Origin: Kineococcus radiotolerans SRS30216 = ATCC BAA-149
GTDB taxonomy: Bacteria; Actinomycetota; Actinomycetes; Actinomycetales; Kineococcaceae
Direction: 5' to 3'
Assembly (NCBI RefSeq): GCF_000017305.1
Contig: NC_009664.2
Location: forward strand, 2,040,001-2,072,000
DNA length: 32,000 bases
A program made the position numbers and the translations under genes. Under the pieces are notes generated by a model that saw only the letters and a list, made by a program, of their open reading frames with translations, ran no database searches and was not told the origin of the DNA. Every line of letters starts with the position of its first letter. The first letter of the stretch is position 1. Positions 1 through 7,727 of this stretch are shown here, piece by piece.

Positions 1-10
1 TGGGGGTGGG

Positions 11-604
11 TCAGGGGAGGAGGGCGCGCAGGGCGGTCCAGGCCGCCCGCGTGGAGGTGACGGGGTCCGGCTGCCGGCCGGAGAGCCAGCCCATCCCGCC
101 GACGCGGGCCAGCGACCCGGCGACGGCGGCGCAGGCGGCGGCGCTGAACTCGTCGAGCCCGTCGCGGGCCACGATCGCCTCGGCGAGGACGCTCTCGCTG
201 GCCGCGATGCGGGCCAGCAGCGCAGGCAGCAGCTCGGGCGTGGCCTCGACCAGCCGCATCACCTGCAGGGTGCGGTCGCGGTCGTGGCGCCCGGAGGCGG
301 ACTGGGCGGTGAACAGCTCCTCCAGCGCGCCGAGCAGCGGGCCGGTGGAGGCGCGGAACGCGTCGAGGAGGTCCTCGTCCCAGGGGACGGCGTTGTGCAG
401 GAGGGCTTCGTCCTTGGTGGCGAAGTAGTTGAAGAACGTCCGCCGGGACAGGCCCGCGCGGGCGGCGATCTCGTCGACGGTGACCGCGTCCCAGCCGGAC
501 TCCAGCGCGAGGTCGAGCGCGGCCTGCGCGATGAGGGCGGTGGTCTCGGTGCGTCGGCGTTCGCGCAGGGAGGGCTGGGCGGTGGTCACCCCTTCACTTT
601 GCAC
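11..604 (-). CDS. TetR/AcrR-family transcriptional regulator
   Basis: 197-aa ORF. N-terminal helix-turn-helix signature AVTVDEIAARAGLSRRTFFNYFATKDEAL is typical of TetR_N. High GC3. The GTG start (602-604) lies inside a palindrome; an alternative GTG start is near 589. Confidence 0.85.
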   Translation of the reverse strand: MQSEGVTTAQPSLRERRRTETTALIAQAALDLALESGWDAVTVDEIAARAGLSRRTFFNYFATKDEALLHNAVPWDEDLLDAFRASTGPLLGALEELFTAQSASGRHDRDRTLQVMRLVEATPELLPALLARIAASESVLAEAIVARDGLDEFSAAACAAVAGSLARVGGMGWLSGRQPDPVTSTRAAWTALRALLP

Positions 605-631
605 TCAGTGCAGACTTTGCGTCAAGTGCAG
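596..631. promoter_or_regulatory. Operator-like tandem 18-bp repeat in the jetC-TetR gap
   Basis: Two adjacent units, ACTTTGCACTCAGTGCAG (596-613) and ACTTTGCGTCAAGTGCAG (614-631), share identical 7-nt ends. Unit 1 contains the perfect palindrome TGCACT-C-AGTGCA (600-612), which overlaps the TetR GTG start codon. Confidence 0.45.
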
Positions 632-653
632 GGGTGACCACCACCCGGTCGGC

Positions 654-3600
654 TCACGCCCCCGCCGCGCCGCCCTCCCCCGCGCCCGCGTCAACGTCGG
701 CGTCGGCGTCGGCGTCCACGAGGGTCACCGCGGCGGCGAACCCCTGGGGGTTCTTCGTGATCTCGACGACGCGCTGCATGAGCGGCTCGATCGCGGTGAC
801 CTTGTCCAGCGGCGCTGCCACGACGAGCTGGAACCCCAGCCCGCGCCAGGCGTTCACCCCGCGCGCGGTGAACTCCCCGTCCGACTTCACGAAACCCTCG
901 TCGAGGAAGACGGGGGCGAAGGTGGGCAGGGCGTTGCGGCTCGTCCCCAGCTGGTAGCGCAGGGCCGCCCCGACGATGAAGGCGATGAGCTCCTGCACCT
1001 CCCCGCCGGACTTCCCGCCCAGGTGCTCGTAGACGCTCAGCGTCCGCCCCGTCGTCGCGTCGACCCGCAGGGCCCGCACCGAGGAGTGCTTGCGGACGTC
1101 GAGCAGCAGGTCGCGCTCGGACAGCGAGCGCGGGCCGCCGGGGCGGATGCGGTCGATGAACGCCCGCAGCGCCAGGAACCGCGCCTCGACCGCCGCCGGG
1201 TCGTCGGCGCGGGTCGTCCCCGACGCCAGTTCCCGCAGCTCCCGCTGGAAGACGGCGACCTCCGGGCTCACCTGGGGCTGGACCTCGATGTGCAGGCGGT
1301 CCCCGCCGGAACCGAAGGGCAGACCGGCGAGGATCTCGTTCACCGGCGCCAGCCGGTTCAGGATGTCCGCGCCCGCCTGCCGGAACTTCGACTGCAGGTT
1401 GAGCAGGTCGTCCCCGCTCCAGCTCACGACCTGGCGCCGGAAGGCGTCGGCGCGCTGGGCCAGCCCCTGGGCGGTGAGCTCGTCGAGGATCTCCCGGTAC
1501 CCCTCGTAGGAACCCACGCCGGAGCCGAGGTTCGGCTGCGGCCAGCGGCTCTGGAACGCCTTGAACGCCCGCTCCAGGCGCGCGGCGGCGTCGGACTCCC
1601 GCTGGACCGCCGCGGTCCGCCCCTCCCGGGTCGCGGCACGGACCTTCGGCACCAGCCGGCGGAACAGCAGCAGCGAGTCGTCGGTCTTGAGCTGCCCGTA
1701 GACGGCGTCGAGGTGGGCGCGCTGCTCCGGCGTGGGTTCCACCCCGCGCTCCTCCAGCGACGCCAGGCGGACGGCGACCCGGTCCTGCTGCTCGACCAGG
1801 TCCGCCCACGTCCGCTCCGTGGAGCGCACGGTGGTCCGCGCCAGCGCCTCGGTCTCCCGCGCCGCCTCCACCGCCTCGGCCAGCCGGTCCCGCTCGGCGC
1901 TGAGGACGACCACGAGGTCGTCGGCGCCCAGCAGCCGGTCGATCTCCGCCCGCTTGCCCGCCACCACCGCGGCCGTGCTCGCGGTGTCGACGTCCTCCCA
2001 GCGCGCCTCGGCCCGGCGCTGGTGCGCCTCGCGGTCGGCCAGCAGCGCGTTCCGCTCCTCCTTCACCGCGTCCTGGTCGCGCTGGTGGGCGGCGAGGCGT
2101 TCCCCCACCGCGGCCAGCTCGTCCTGGATGCGGGTCAGCAGGGCCTCCGGGGAGAACCCCAGGATCGCCCGCAGACCCCGCTGACCGCCGTGCGCGCCGC
2201 GGTCGCCGTGCTGGACCTGACCGGCCAGGGTGATGCGCCGCACGCCGTCGTCGCGGAAACCGTCGGGGGTCTCCACCGCCAGGTGCGGGAACTCCTGGGC
2301 CAGGACCGAGCTCAGCCACCCCCGGTACGGGGAGTCCGCCCTCAGCTCCAGGCGCCCCACGAGGCTGCGGGGGTCCAGGTCCTGCGCGGGGCGGTCCTCG
2401 TCGGCGAGGCGGTAGCGGACCCGCTGGGCCAGGTCGAGGCCGTCCACGCGCCGCCGGAACACCTCCGCGAGGGAACGGTCCACGACCAGCGTCCGCGCGA
2501 AACCGCCCAGCAGCAGTTCCGCCGCGGTGCGCCAGCGCGCGTGCTCGCGGGGGACGTCGAGGAGCTCGGCGACGAAGGGCAGGTCGGCGGGGGCGGCGTC
2601 CAGGACGCGGGCGATCGCGGCGCGCGCCTCGTCGAGCTCCCGCGGGACCAGGTCGGAGCGCTGCGCGAACCACCGCTGTTCCTCCAGCAGCCGCCGCCGC
2701 TCCGCGAGGTCCGGGCTGGCGGACTCGGTGAGCGTGCGCGCGCGCTCCTCCAGCCGCGTCAGCGCCGCGGGGACCTCCCGCAGGAACCGCTGCGACTCCC
2801 CGCGGCGGGCCTCGAACTCCGCGCGGTCGCCGGGCAGGGCCCCCAGCGGGCGGGTCCGGTCCTGCAGCGAGCGCCACGCCTCCTCGGTGCGCCGGTGGGT
2901 CTCCTCCGCGACCTCCAGCTGCGCGCGCAGGGCCTCCAGCGCACCCCCGCCGCTGGCCTCCAGGGACTCCCGGTTCTCCCGCGCCTGCGCCTCCAGGTCG
3001 CGCCGAGCGGCCTGGGCGGTGCGCAGGTCCTCCTTCGCGCGGCCCGCGGCGGCGCGGGCGTCCTCGACCTCCGCGACGAGCAGCGCGGACTCGGTGCTCG
3101 CCACCCAGTGCCCGAAGGCGCTGCGGTCCTCGGGTTCCTCCGCGTCGAGGGCGTCGACCATGGCGATGGCGCCGCGGGCCCCGCGCAGGTCCTGGTGCAG
3201 GCGCGGCAGTTCCCCGAGGACGTCGATCTGCTCCTCGGCGGTCCGCATCGTCTCGTAGGTCGCCTCGAGGTCGGCGAAGTGCGCGATCGCGGAGTCGGCG
3301 GCCTCGAACGTGCGGGGGCGGTCCAGCACCATCGACTTGTAGAGGTGGTCCACCGAGACGACGTCACGCCCGGCCTGGATGCGCCCCAGCAGCTTCATCG
3401 CGGCCGTCCCGTCGCCGTCGGCGCCGATCCCCAGCAGCGGGTGCAGGTCGGCGGCGAAGCGGGAGTAGGACTCGTAGAACTCCAGCCCGCTGAGCTGGCC
3501 GCGCATCTGCCGGCGGTCGAAGCGGCGCTCCGCGAACGGCTCCACCGCCCGCAGGTCGAAGTCCCCCCGGAACAGGGCCAGGTGGTCCTTCACGTCGCGC

Positions 3601-4094
3601 GGGTCGGTGGCCGAGGCGGGCGCGTAGTACAGGCGCAGCGGGGTGACGGTGCGCCCGTCGGTGTGGCGGAACGTGAACGCCACCGCCGACCACGCGTTCA
3701 CCGGGTTCCCCGCCGCGTCGGTGCCGCGCAGGGTCGCGTCGCGGTTGCGGCCGGTGTCCTCGTCGAGGACCTCGTCGAGCTTGCCCCGCACGTAGGACAG
3801 CGGGTTGCGCTGGGTCGCGGAGCGGGCCCGGCCGGTGACGGCGTCGTTGCTGGCGCCGTTGAACGCCGCCGTGGTGTTCATCATGACGGCGATGTAGGCG
3901 TCCAGGGCGGTGGACTTCCCCGTCCCCGACGCCCCCGTGACCAGCGTGGCGCGGGGGTCGAAGTCGATGCGGTGGTGGCCGTCGAAACCACCCCAGTTGA
4001 CCATCTGGACGTGGGAGACGTGCCACTGCTCCCGGGTCGCGCCGGCCAGCGCCAGCCCCGGGATCGCGGCGTCCCCGCTGGTGACCGCGCTCAC
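654..4094 (-). CDS. jetC: SMC-like ABC ATPase, JetC/MksB-like (Wadjet/condensin-type)
   Basis: 1146 aa from the GTG at 4094, which overlaps the jetB stop (GTGA, 4091-4094). N-terminus ...QWHVSHVQMVNWGGFDGHHRIDF...LVTGASGTGKSTALDAY carries Walker A. A long Glu/Arg/Ala/Leu-rich helical middle follows. The C-terminus has the signature-like GGKSGGEVQ and Walker B PVFLDEGFVKSD. The part of the longer track ORF (to 4460) upstream of the GTG overlaps jetB and is Arg/Gly junk. Confidence 0.8.
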   Translation of the reverse strand: MSAVTSGDAAIPGLALAGATREQWHVSHVQMVNWGGFDGHHRIDFDPRATLVTGASGTGKSTALDAYIAVMMNTTAAFNGASNDAVTGRARSATQRNPLSYVRGKLDEVLDEDTGRNRDATLRGTDAAGNPVNAWSAVAFTFRHTDGRTVTPLRLYYAPASATDPRDVKDHLALFRGDFDLRAVEPFAERRFDRRQMRGQLSGLEFYESYSRFAADLHPLLGIGADGDGTAAMKLLGRIQAGRDVVSVDHLYKSMVLDRPRTFEAADSAIAHFADLEATYETMRTAEEQIDVLGELPRLHQDLRGARGAIAMVDALDAEEPEDRSAFGHWVASTESALLVAEVEDARAAAGRAKEDLRTAQAARRDLEAQARENRESLEASGGGALEALRAQLEVAEETHRRTEEAWRSLQDRTRPLGALPGDRAEFEARRGESQRFLREVPAALTRLEERARTLTESASPDLAERRRLLEEQRWFAQRSDLVPRELDEARAAIARVLDAAPADLPFVAELLDVPREHARWRTAAELLLGGFARTLVVDRSLAEVFRRRVDGLDLAQRVRYRLADEDRPAQDLDPRSLVGRLELRADSPYRGWLSSVLAQEFPHLAVETPDGFRDDGVRRITLAGQVQHGDRGAHGGQRGLRAILGFSPEALLTRIQDELAAVGERLAAHQRDQDAVKEERNALLADREAHQRRAEARWEDVDTASTAAVVAGKRAEIDRLLGADDLVVVLSAERDRLAEAVEAARETEALARTTVRSTERTWADLVEQQDRVAVRLASLEERGVEPTPEQRAHLDAVYGQLKTDDSLLLFRRLVPKVRAATREGRTAAVQRESDAAARLERAFKAFQSRWPQPNLGSGVGSYEGYREILDELTAQGLAQRADAFRRQVVSWSGDDLLNLQSKFRQAGADILNRLAPVNEILAGLPFGSGGDRLHIEVQPQVSPEVAVFQRELRELASGTTRADDPAAVEARFLALRAFIDRIRPGGPRSLSERDLLLDVRKHSSVRALRVDATTGRTLSVYEHLGGKSGGEVQELIAFIVGAALRYQLGTSRNALPTFAPVFLDEGFVKSDGEFTARGVNAWRGLGFQLVVAAPLDKVTAIEPLMQRVVEITKNPQGFAAAVTLVDADADADVDAGAGEGGAAGA

Positions 4095-4825
4095 GCCGGC
4101 TCCCCCACGACGTCCCCGGCGACGTCCTCGGCGGCGTCCCCGGCGGGGGCACCCGCGCCCAGCCGCGCCGCGATGCGCTGCACCACGTCGACGGGCAGCA
4201 GCACCTCCAGGATCGGGGACACCCGGTACCGGTTCTCCGTGCCCGTCTCCAGCAGCACCTCCTGGCGGACCAGGCTGTCCACGCCCGCCGCGGCCGACTG
4301 CTCGTCGCGCACGTGGTTGGTGCTGTCCAGGGGACGGAAGTGCGCGACCTCCTGCAGCAGTTCCTCCCGGTCCACGAACACCGCCCCCTCCCCGCTCGCC
4401 GAGCGCGAGCGCGCCAGGCGGCGCAGGCAGATGAGCAGCGCCGTCTCCTCCCGCGACCACGGCTGGTCGTGCAGCAGCGTCGGGAACCGCTGCTGCCCGG
4501 TGCGCGACACCGCCTGCTGCTTGTACGCGACCTGGTGGTCCTGGTCCACGACGAGGTCCAGGAACACGTCGTTCAGCCGCGACCGCAGCGCGCGCTGGTT
4601 CTCCACCAGGACCCGCCAGGAGCGCGGGTGGCGTTCGGCGGAGAGGTAGCGGCGCTTCAGCAGCTGCACCAGGACGGTCCGCACCGCGCGGGGCAGGGTG
4701 CCGGTGTCCCCGGTGAACAGGCCCTCCTCGTCCAGCGCGGCGGGGTCCTCCCCGGCGCTCGCGGGGTCCAGGGCGTCAGCGGCGTCGAGGTCGTCGCCGT
4801 CGGTGCGCTCGTCGGGGGTGCTCAT
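4091..4825 (-). CDS. jetB: DUF4194-like protein, JetB/MksE-like
   Basis: 244 aa (MSTPDERTD...VVGEPA). The ATG overlaps the jetA stop (ATGA, 4822-4825). Size, acidic N-terminus and the pattern ...VLVQLLKRRYLSAERHPRSWRVLVENQRALRSRLNDVFLDLVVD...ALLICLRRL... match the DUF4194 family that sits between DUF3375 and the ATPase in Wadjet/Mks operons. Confidence 0.72.
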   Translation of the reverse strand: MSTPDERTDGDDLDAADALDPASAGEDPAALDEEGLFTGDTGTLPRAVRTVLVQLLKRRYLSAERHPRSWRVLVENQRALRSRLNDVFLDLVVDQDHQVAYKQQAVSRTGQQRFPTLLHDQPWSREETALLICLRRLARSRSASGEGAVFVDREELLQEVAHFRPLDSTNHVRDEQSAAAGVDSLVRQEVLLETGTENRYRVSPILEVLLPVDVVQRIAARLGAGAPAGDAAEDVAGDVVGEPA

Positions 4826-6345
4826 GCGGGGTGATCGAACTCCTCGTGCGGTTCGTGCGGTTCGTGCGGTTCGGGTCGCGGGGCGGGCAGCGGGAGGTCG
4901 GGGCCGGCGAAGCGGTGCACGACCCCGTCGGGGCGGGTGGTCGCGTAGACCGCCCGGCCGCGGGCCTCGCGCGGGTCCGCGCCCCCGCCCGCGACGGCCA
5001 GGTGCAGCAGGCCCATGAGGTCCGCGGGACGGCGCAGGTCCACCGGCAGGCTCTCGAACAGGGCCCCGGTGCCCGGGGCGGGACCCTCCGGGGGGTTCCC
5101 CAGGGCCTCGCGCAGGCGCTCGAAGTCCGGGCCGCCGAAGCGGCGCAGGTCGCTCAGCGACGACCCGCCGGCCGGGTCCTCCCCGTGCCGGCGCAGCGGC
5201 GGGGGCGCCGCGTCGTCGGCGGGGTCGTGCAGCCGGGTCCGCAGCGAGGCGACGTCGAGCCGGCTCACCCCCGCCGCGACGCCCGCGTCCAGCGTGGTCC
5301 GCGGGCCGGTCGTGGCGAACCAGTCCGTCAGCCGCTCCGCGCACGCCCGCAGCGCGTCGTCCAGCTCGCGGTCGCGCAGCGGGTCGTGGCGCAGGACGTG
5401 CGAGCGCAGCGACGCCGACAGCAGGCGCCGCTGCTCCAGGACGACCTCGATGCCCTCCACGAGGGTCTGCATCGTCCGTTCCAGGGTGGCGGCCTGCTCG
5501 GCGGGCAGCTCGCCCGCGAAGCCGTGGCCCAGGATGGTGGCGATGTCGGCGTGCAGCTCCCGCGAGGTCACCTCGTCGCGGACGAGGTCGACGGCCCCGG
5601 CGAAGGCGCGCCCGGACAGCGACCCCGTCAGCACCTCCTCGGAGCGGCGCAGGTAGTCGTCCAGCACCTCCCCCGAGGGGCGCTGCTCGGCGCGGAAGTC
5701 GCTGACGATCTCGCGGTGCAGGCGCCGGACCTCCTCCGAGACCCGCAGGAAGTCCCCCGGCAGGGCCGACAGCAGGTCCTGGAGGTTGAGGTACTCCCCC
5801 AGCATCTGCTCGTCGGAGGCCTCCTCGACCTCCCCGCCGGCCAGCAGGCGGTCGCGTTCGGCGCTGAGGGAGGCGATCTCCTCCTCCAGCCGCTGCAGGC
5901 GCCACTCCCGGTCGGCGCGCGCCCCCGTGGCGCAGCGGCGGGCGGTGTCCAGGATCGTGCGGATCCGGGACTCCCCCAGCAGCACGCGCGGCCCGGACAG
6001 GCGCGCGACGTACTCCACGGCGTCCTGGGCGTGGGAGGTGAGGGCGTACTCCTCCTCGCCCTCCTCCCCCGACGCGGCCAGCGACAGCCACTGCCGCGCG
6101 ACCCAGCCGCGGCACAGGTCGCGGGCCGGGACGTCGGGCACCTCGTGCCCGTGCAGGGCCAGCTCCCCGAGGAGGCCGTGGACCTGGCTGTGCAGGCGGT
6201 CGGCGGGGACGCGGGTCCGCTGACCGGCGAACACGCAGGTCAGGACGGCCACGACCAGGGGGCCGGAGGGGCGGCGCAGCAGCTCCAGCGTCGGTCGCGC
6301 GAACGCCTGCTGAGCGCGCACCAGGTCGTCGCGGATGCTGCTCAT
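4822..6345 (-). CDS. jetA: DUF3375-like protein, JetA/MksF-like
   Basis: 507 aa. ATG at 6345 with GGAGG 5 nt upstream. The pattern ...YALTSHAQDAVEYVARL...SRIRTILD...RLQRLEEEIASLSAERDRLLAGG...LPGDFLRVSEEVRRLHREI... matches DUF3375. It is the first gene of a three-gene overlapped set. Confidence 0.72.
   Translation of the reverse strand: MSSIRDDLVRAQQAFARPTLELLRRPSGPLVVAVLTCVFAGQRTRVPADRLHSQVHGLLGELALHGHEVPDVPARDLCRGWVARQWLSLAASGEEGEEEYALTSHAQDAVEYVARLSGPRVLLGESRIRTILDTARRCATGARADREWRLQRLEEEIASLSAERDRLLAGGEVEEASDEQMLGEYLNLQDLLSALPGDFLRVSEEVRRLHREIVSDFRAEQRPSGEVLDDYLRRSEEVLTGSLSGRAFAGAVDLVRDEVTSRELHADIATILGHGFAGELPAEQAATLERTMQTLVEGIEVVLEQRRLLSASLRSHVLRHDPLRDRELDDALRACAERLTDWFATTGPRTTLDAGVAAGVSRLDVASLRTRLHDPADDAAPPPLRRHGEDPAGGSSLSDLRRFGGPDFERLREALGNPPEGPAPGTGALFESLPVDLRRPADLMGLLHLAVAGGGADPREARGRAVYATTRPDGVVHRFAGPDLPLPAPRPEPHEPHEPHEEFDHPA
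4843..4878. repeat. 9-bp tandem repeat (TTCGTGCGG) inside the jetA 3' end
   Basis: Sequence is CTCGTGCGG TTCGTGCGG TTCGTGCGG TTCGGGTCG: two perfect copies and two degenerate ones. It is in frame and encodes the C-terminal ...PEPHEPHEPHEE tail of JetA. Confidence 0.8.
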
Positions 6346-6388
6346 GGTCCCCTCCGGTGTGCTGCCTGCCCGGAGAACCGTAAGGGAC

Positions 6389-6775
6389 TCAGCCGGGCGT
6401 CCCGCCCGGCGCGGGCTCGGGGGCCTGCTGCGACCACCAGTCGGCGTAGACGGTGGTCCGCGCCAGGTGCCGGGTCAGGTCCGGGGCGCCGTCGTCCCAC
6501 CACACCGGCCCGCGCTCCCCCAGCGCCCGCTTGGCGGCCTCCACCCGCGCCCGCGCCGCCTCGCGCGCCGCGGCGTCCTCGGCCCGCAGCGCGGCCCCCT
6601 TGGCCCGGCGCGCGTCCATGAGCTCCTCGACGAGCTCCTGCCGGCGCTGCGGGTCCAGCGCGGGGTCGGAGCGGCGCCACAGCCGTCCCCGGACCACGAC
6701 GTAGCGCCCGTCGGGGGTCACCAGGGGTTCCTCGGCCACGGGTCCGATGCTCGCCGCGGCGGCGGGGGCGCGCAC
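6389..6775 (-). CDS. Conserved hypothetical small protein (Arg/Ala-rich helical, Trp-rich C-terminus)
   Basis: 128-aa ORF with strong GC3 periodicity (read codon by codon). Segment ...TPDGRYVVVRGRLWRRSDPALDPQRRQELVEELMDARRA...GPVWWDDG.... It ends 43 bp upstream of jetA. The start is uncertain (GTG 6775 or GTG 6739). Confidence 0.6.
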   Translation of the reverse strand: MRAPAAAASIGPVAEEPLVTPDGRYVVVRGRLWRRSDPALDPQRRQELVEELMDARRAKGAALRAEDAAAREAARARVEAAKRALGERGPVWWDDGAPDLTRHLARTTVYADWWSQQAPEPAPGGTPG

Positions 6776-6795
6776 CCCGGGGACCCCGGGGCGGG

Positions 6796-7575
6796 TCAGT
6801 CGCCCCCGCCGCCGCCCCCGCCGGAGTCCGACCCGCCGGACCCCCCGTCGGAGCCGCCGTGGTGACCGTCCCCCCAGTTGCCCGAGCCGGTGTCGGAGGA
6901 GGAGGAGTCCCCGCCCGCGAGGGCGTGGGCCCGGACGCTGACGGCGGTCTCGACGTCCTCCAGCGCCTCCAGCGCCTCGGGGGGCAGGGCCCGGGCGGCG
7001 GCCAGCACCTCAACCGCGTCGTCCAGGTCGAGCTCCCCGGGGTCGCCGGGGTCGCCGGGGTCCCCGAGCAGCGGGGCCAGGCCCCCGGCCCCGGCCAGCA
7101 GCACCAGCAGGCCGACCGTCGCCGGGTCGACCGCGCCCGCCCGGCGCGACCCGGCGGCCCGCACCGCCGCGCGCACCTGCGTCCGCAGGGGGGTGACGGA
7201 CTCCTCCCGGGGGAACCAGCGCACCGACGTCAGCACGAGGAACCGCCGCCGGCGCTCGGTGCGCAGCGCGCCGGTCTTCGCCAGGGCGGCCACCGCGTCG
7301 TCCCACAGCGGCCGCGCCGCCAGCGCGCGCAGGCTGCGGCCGACGTCGCCGCCGGTGTCGGCGACCACCGCGAGGGCGGCGGCGAGCCGGGGTCCGGGGT
7401 CGGGGCCGGGGTGGGCGCGCAGCGCCTCGGTGCCCGGGTCGAGGTCGAGGCGGCGCAGCAGGACGAGCTCGCCGAGCAGCGCCCCGGCGAGGACCGCGGC
7501 CACGGCCCGCGCGGGCGCCCGGCGGCGGCCGTCGGCGTCGAGCAGGAGCAGGGCGGCCCGGTCGGCGATCAGCAC
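6796..7575 (-). CDS. GPP34 (GOLPH3-like) family protein with Gly/Ser/Asp-rich tail
   Basis: 259 aa. N-terminus MLIADRAALLLLDADGRRR...LAGALLGELVLLRRLDL and later ...RRRFLVLTSVRWFP...VDPATVGLLVLLAGAG fit the bacterial GPP34 pattern. The C-terminal 40 aa are low complexity (GGDSSSSDTGSGNWGDGHHGGSDGGSGGSDSGGGGGGGD). GTG start with no SD. A TAGGTT -10-like hexamer lies 6 nt upstream, so the mRNA may be leaderless. Confidence 0.68.
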   Translation of the reverse strand: MLIADRAALLLLDADGRRRAPARAVAAVLAGALLGELVLLRRLDLDPGTEALRAHPGPDPGPRLAAALAVVADTGGDVGRSLRALAARPLWDDAVAALAKTGALRTERRRRFLVLTSVRWFPREESVTPLRTQVRAAVRAAGSRRAGAVDPATVGLLVLLAGAGGLAPLLGDPGDPGDPGELDLDDAVEVLAAARALPPEALEALEDVETAVSVRAHALAGGDSSSSDTGSGNWGDGHHGGSDGGSGGSDSGGGGGGGD

Positions 7576-7666
7576 GGGGAGAACCTAGGGGGTTCCCGGC
7601 CGGTCGGGGGCGGAGTTTCCCCCGCCCGTCCACGCCGGCCCGCGCGGCGCCCGGTTCGGGGACGGC

Positions 7667-7699
7667 GAACGGCCGGCCCCGTCGCGGGACCGGCCGTTC
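7667..7699 (-). terminator. GC-rich hairpin downstream of the MFS gene (no U-tract)
   Basis: Perfect 10-bp inverted repeat GAACGGCCGG (7667-7676) / CCGGCCGTTC (7690-7699) with a 13-nt loop. It starts 29 nt past the MFS stop (7728) on the minus strand. Confidence 0.4.
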
Positions 7700-7727
7700 A
7701 CCGGGTGGTGCTCCGTCGGGCGGTGGT

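Noticed and set aside
634-644. 11-mer GTGACCACCAC shared between the jetC-TetR gap and the whiB-family upstream repeats, plus GTGACC strings at 9253 and 17668-17695, considered as a common regulator motif
   Set aside because: GTG-ACC-ACC (Val-Thr-Thr) is a very common string in this genome's coding DNA, for example at several gene starts. The copies have no consistent spacing or orientation, and I cannot do the statistics by hand. The local repeat upstream of whiB is reported on its own instead.
429-4649. 1406-aa plus-strand ORF, the longest in the track
   Set aside because: It is antisense to jetC/jetB. Its translation is Arg/Gly/Pro/Ala/Val-rich low complexity with no recognisable motif, whereas the minus-strand frames carry clear Walker A/B and DUF4194-like sequence. 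This is a typical high-GC shadow ORF. The same reasoning applies to 691-2877 (-), 4831-6621 (+), 6859-8523 (+), 7731-10028 (+) and 27298-29970 (+).
7583-7592. 10-mer ACCTAGGGGG shared between the GPP34 upstream region (plus strand) and the whiB-family RBS region (minus strand, 31489-31498)
   Set aside because: My rough composition-based estimate gives about a 0.1 expected chance occurrence in 64 kb of two-strand sequence, which is not compelling. The orientations relative to the adjacent genes differ, and in the whiB case it is simply the SD (AGGGGGA).
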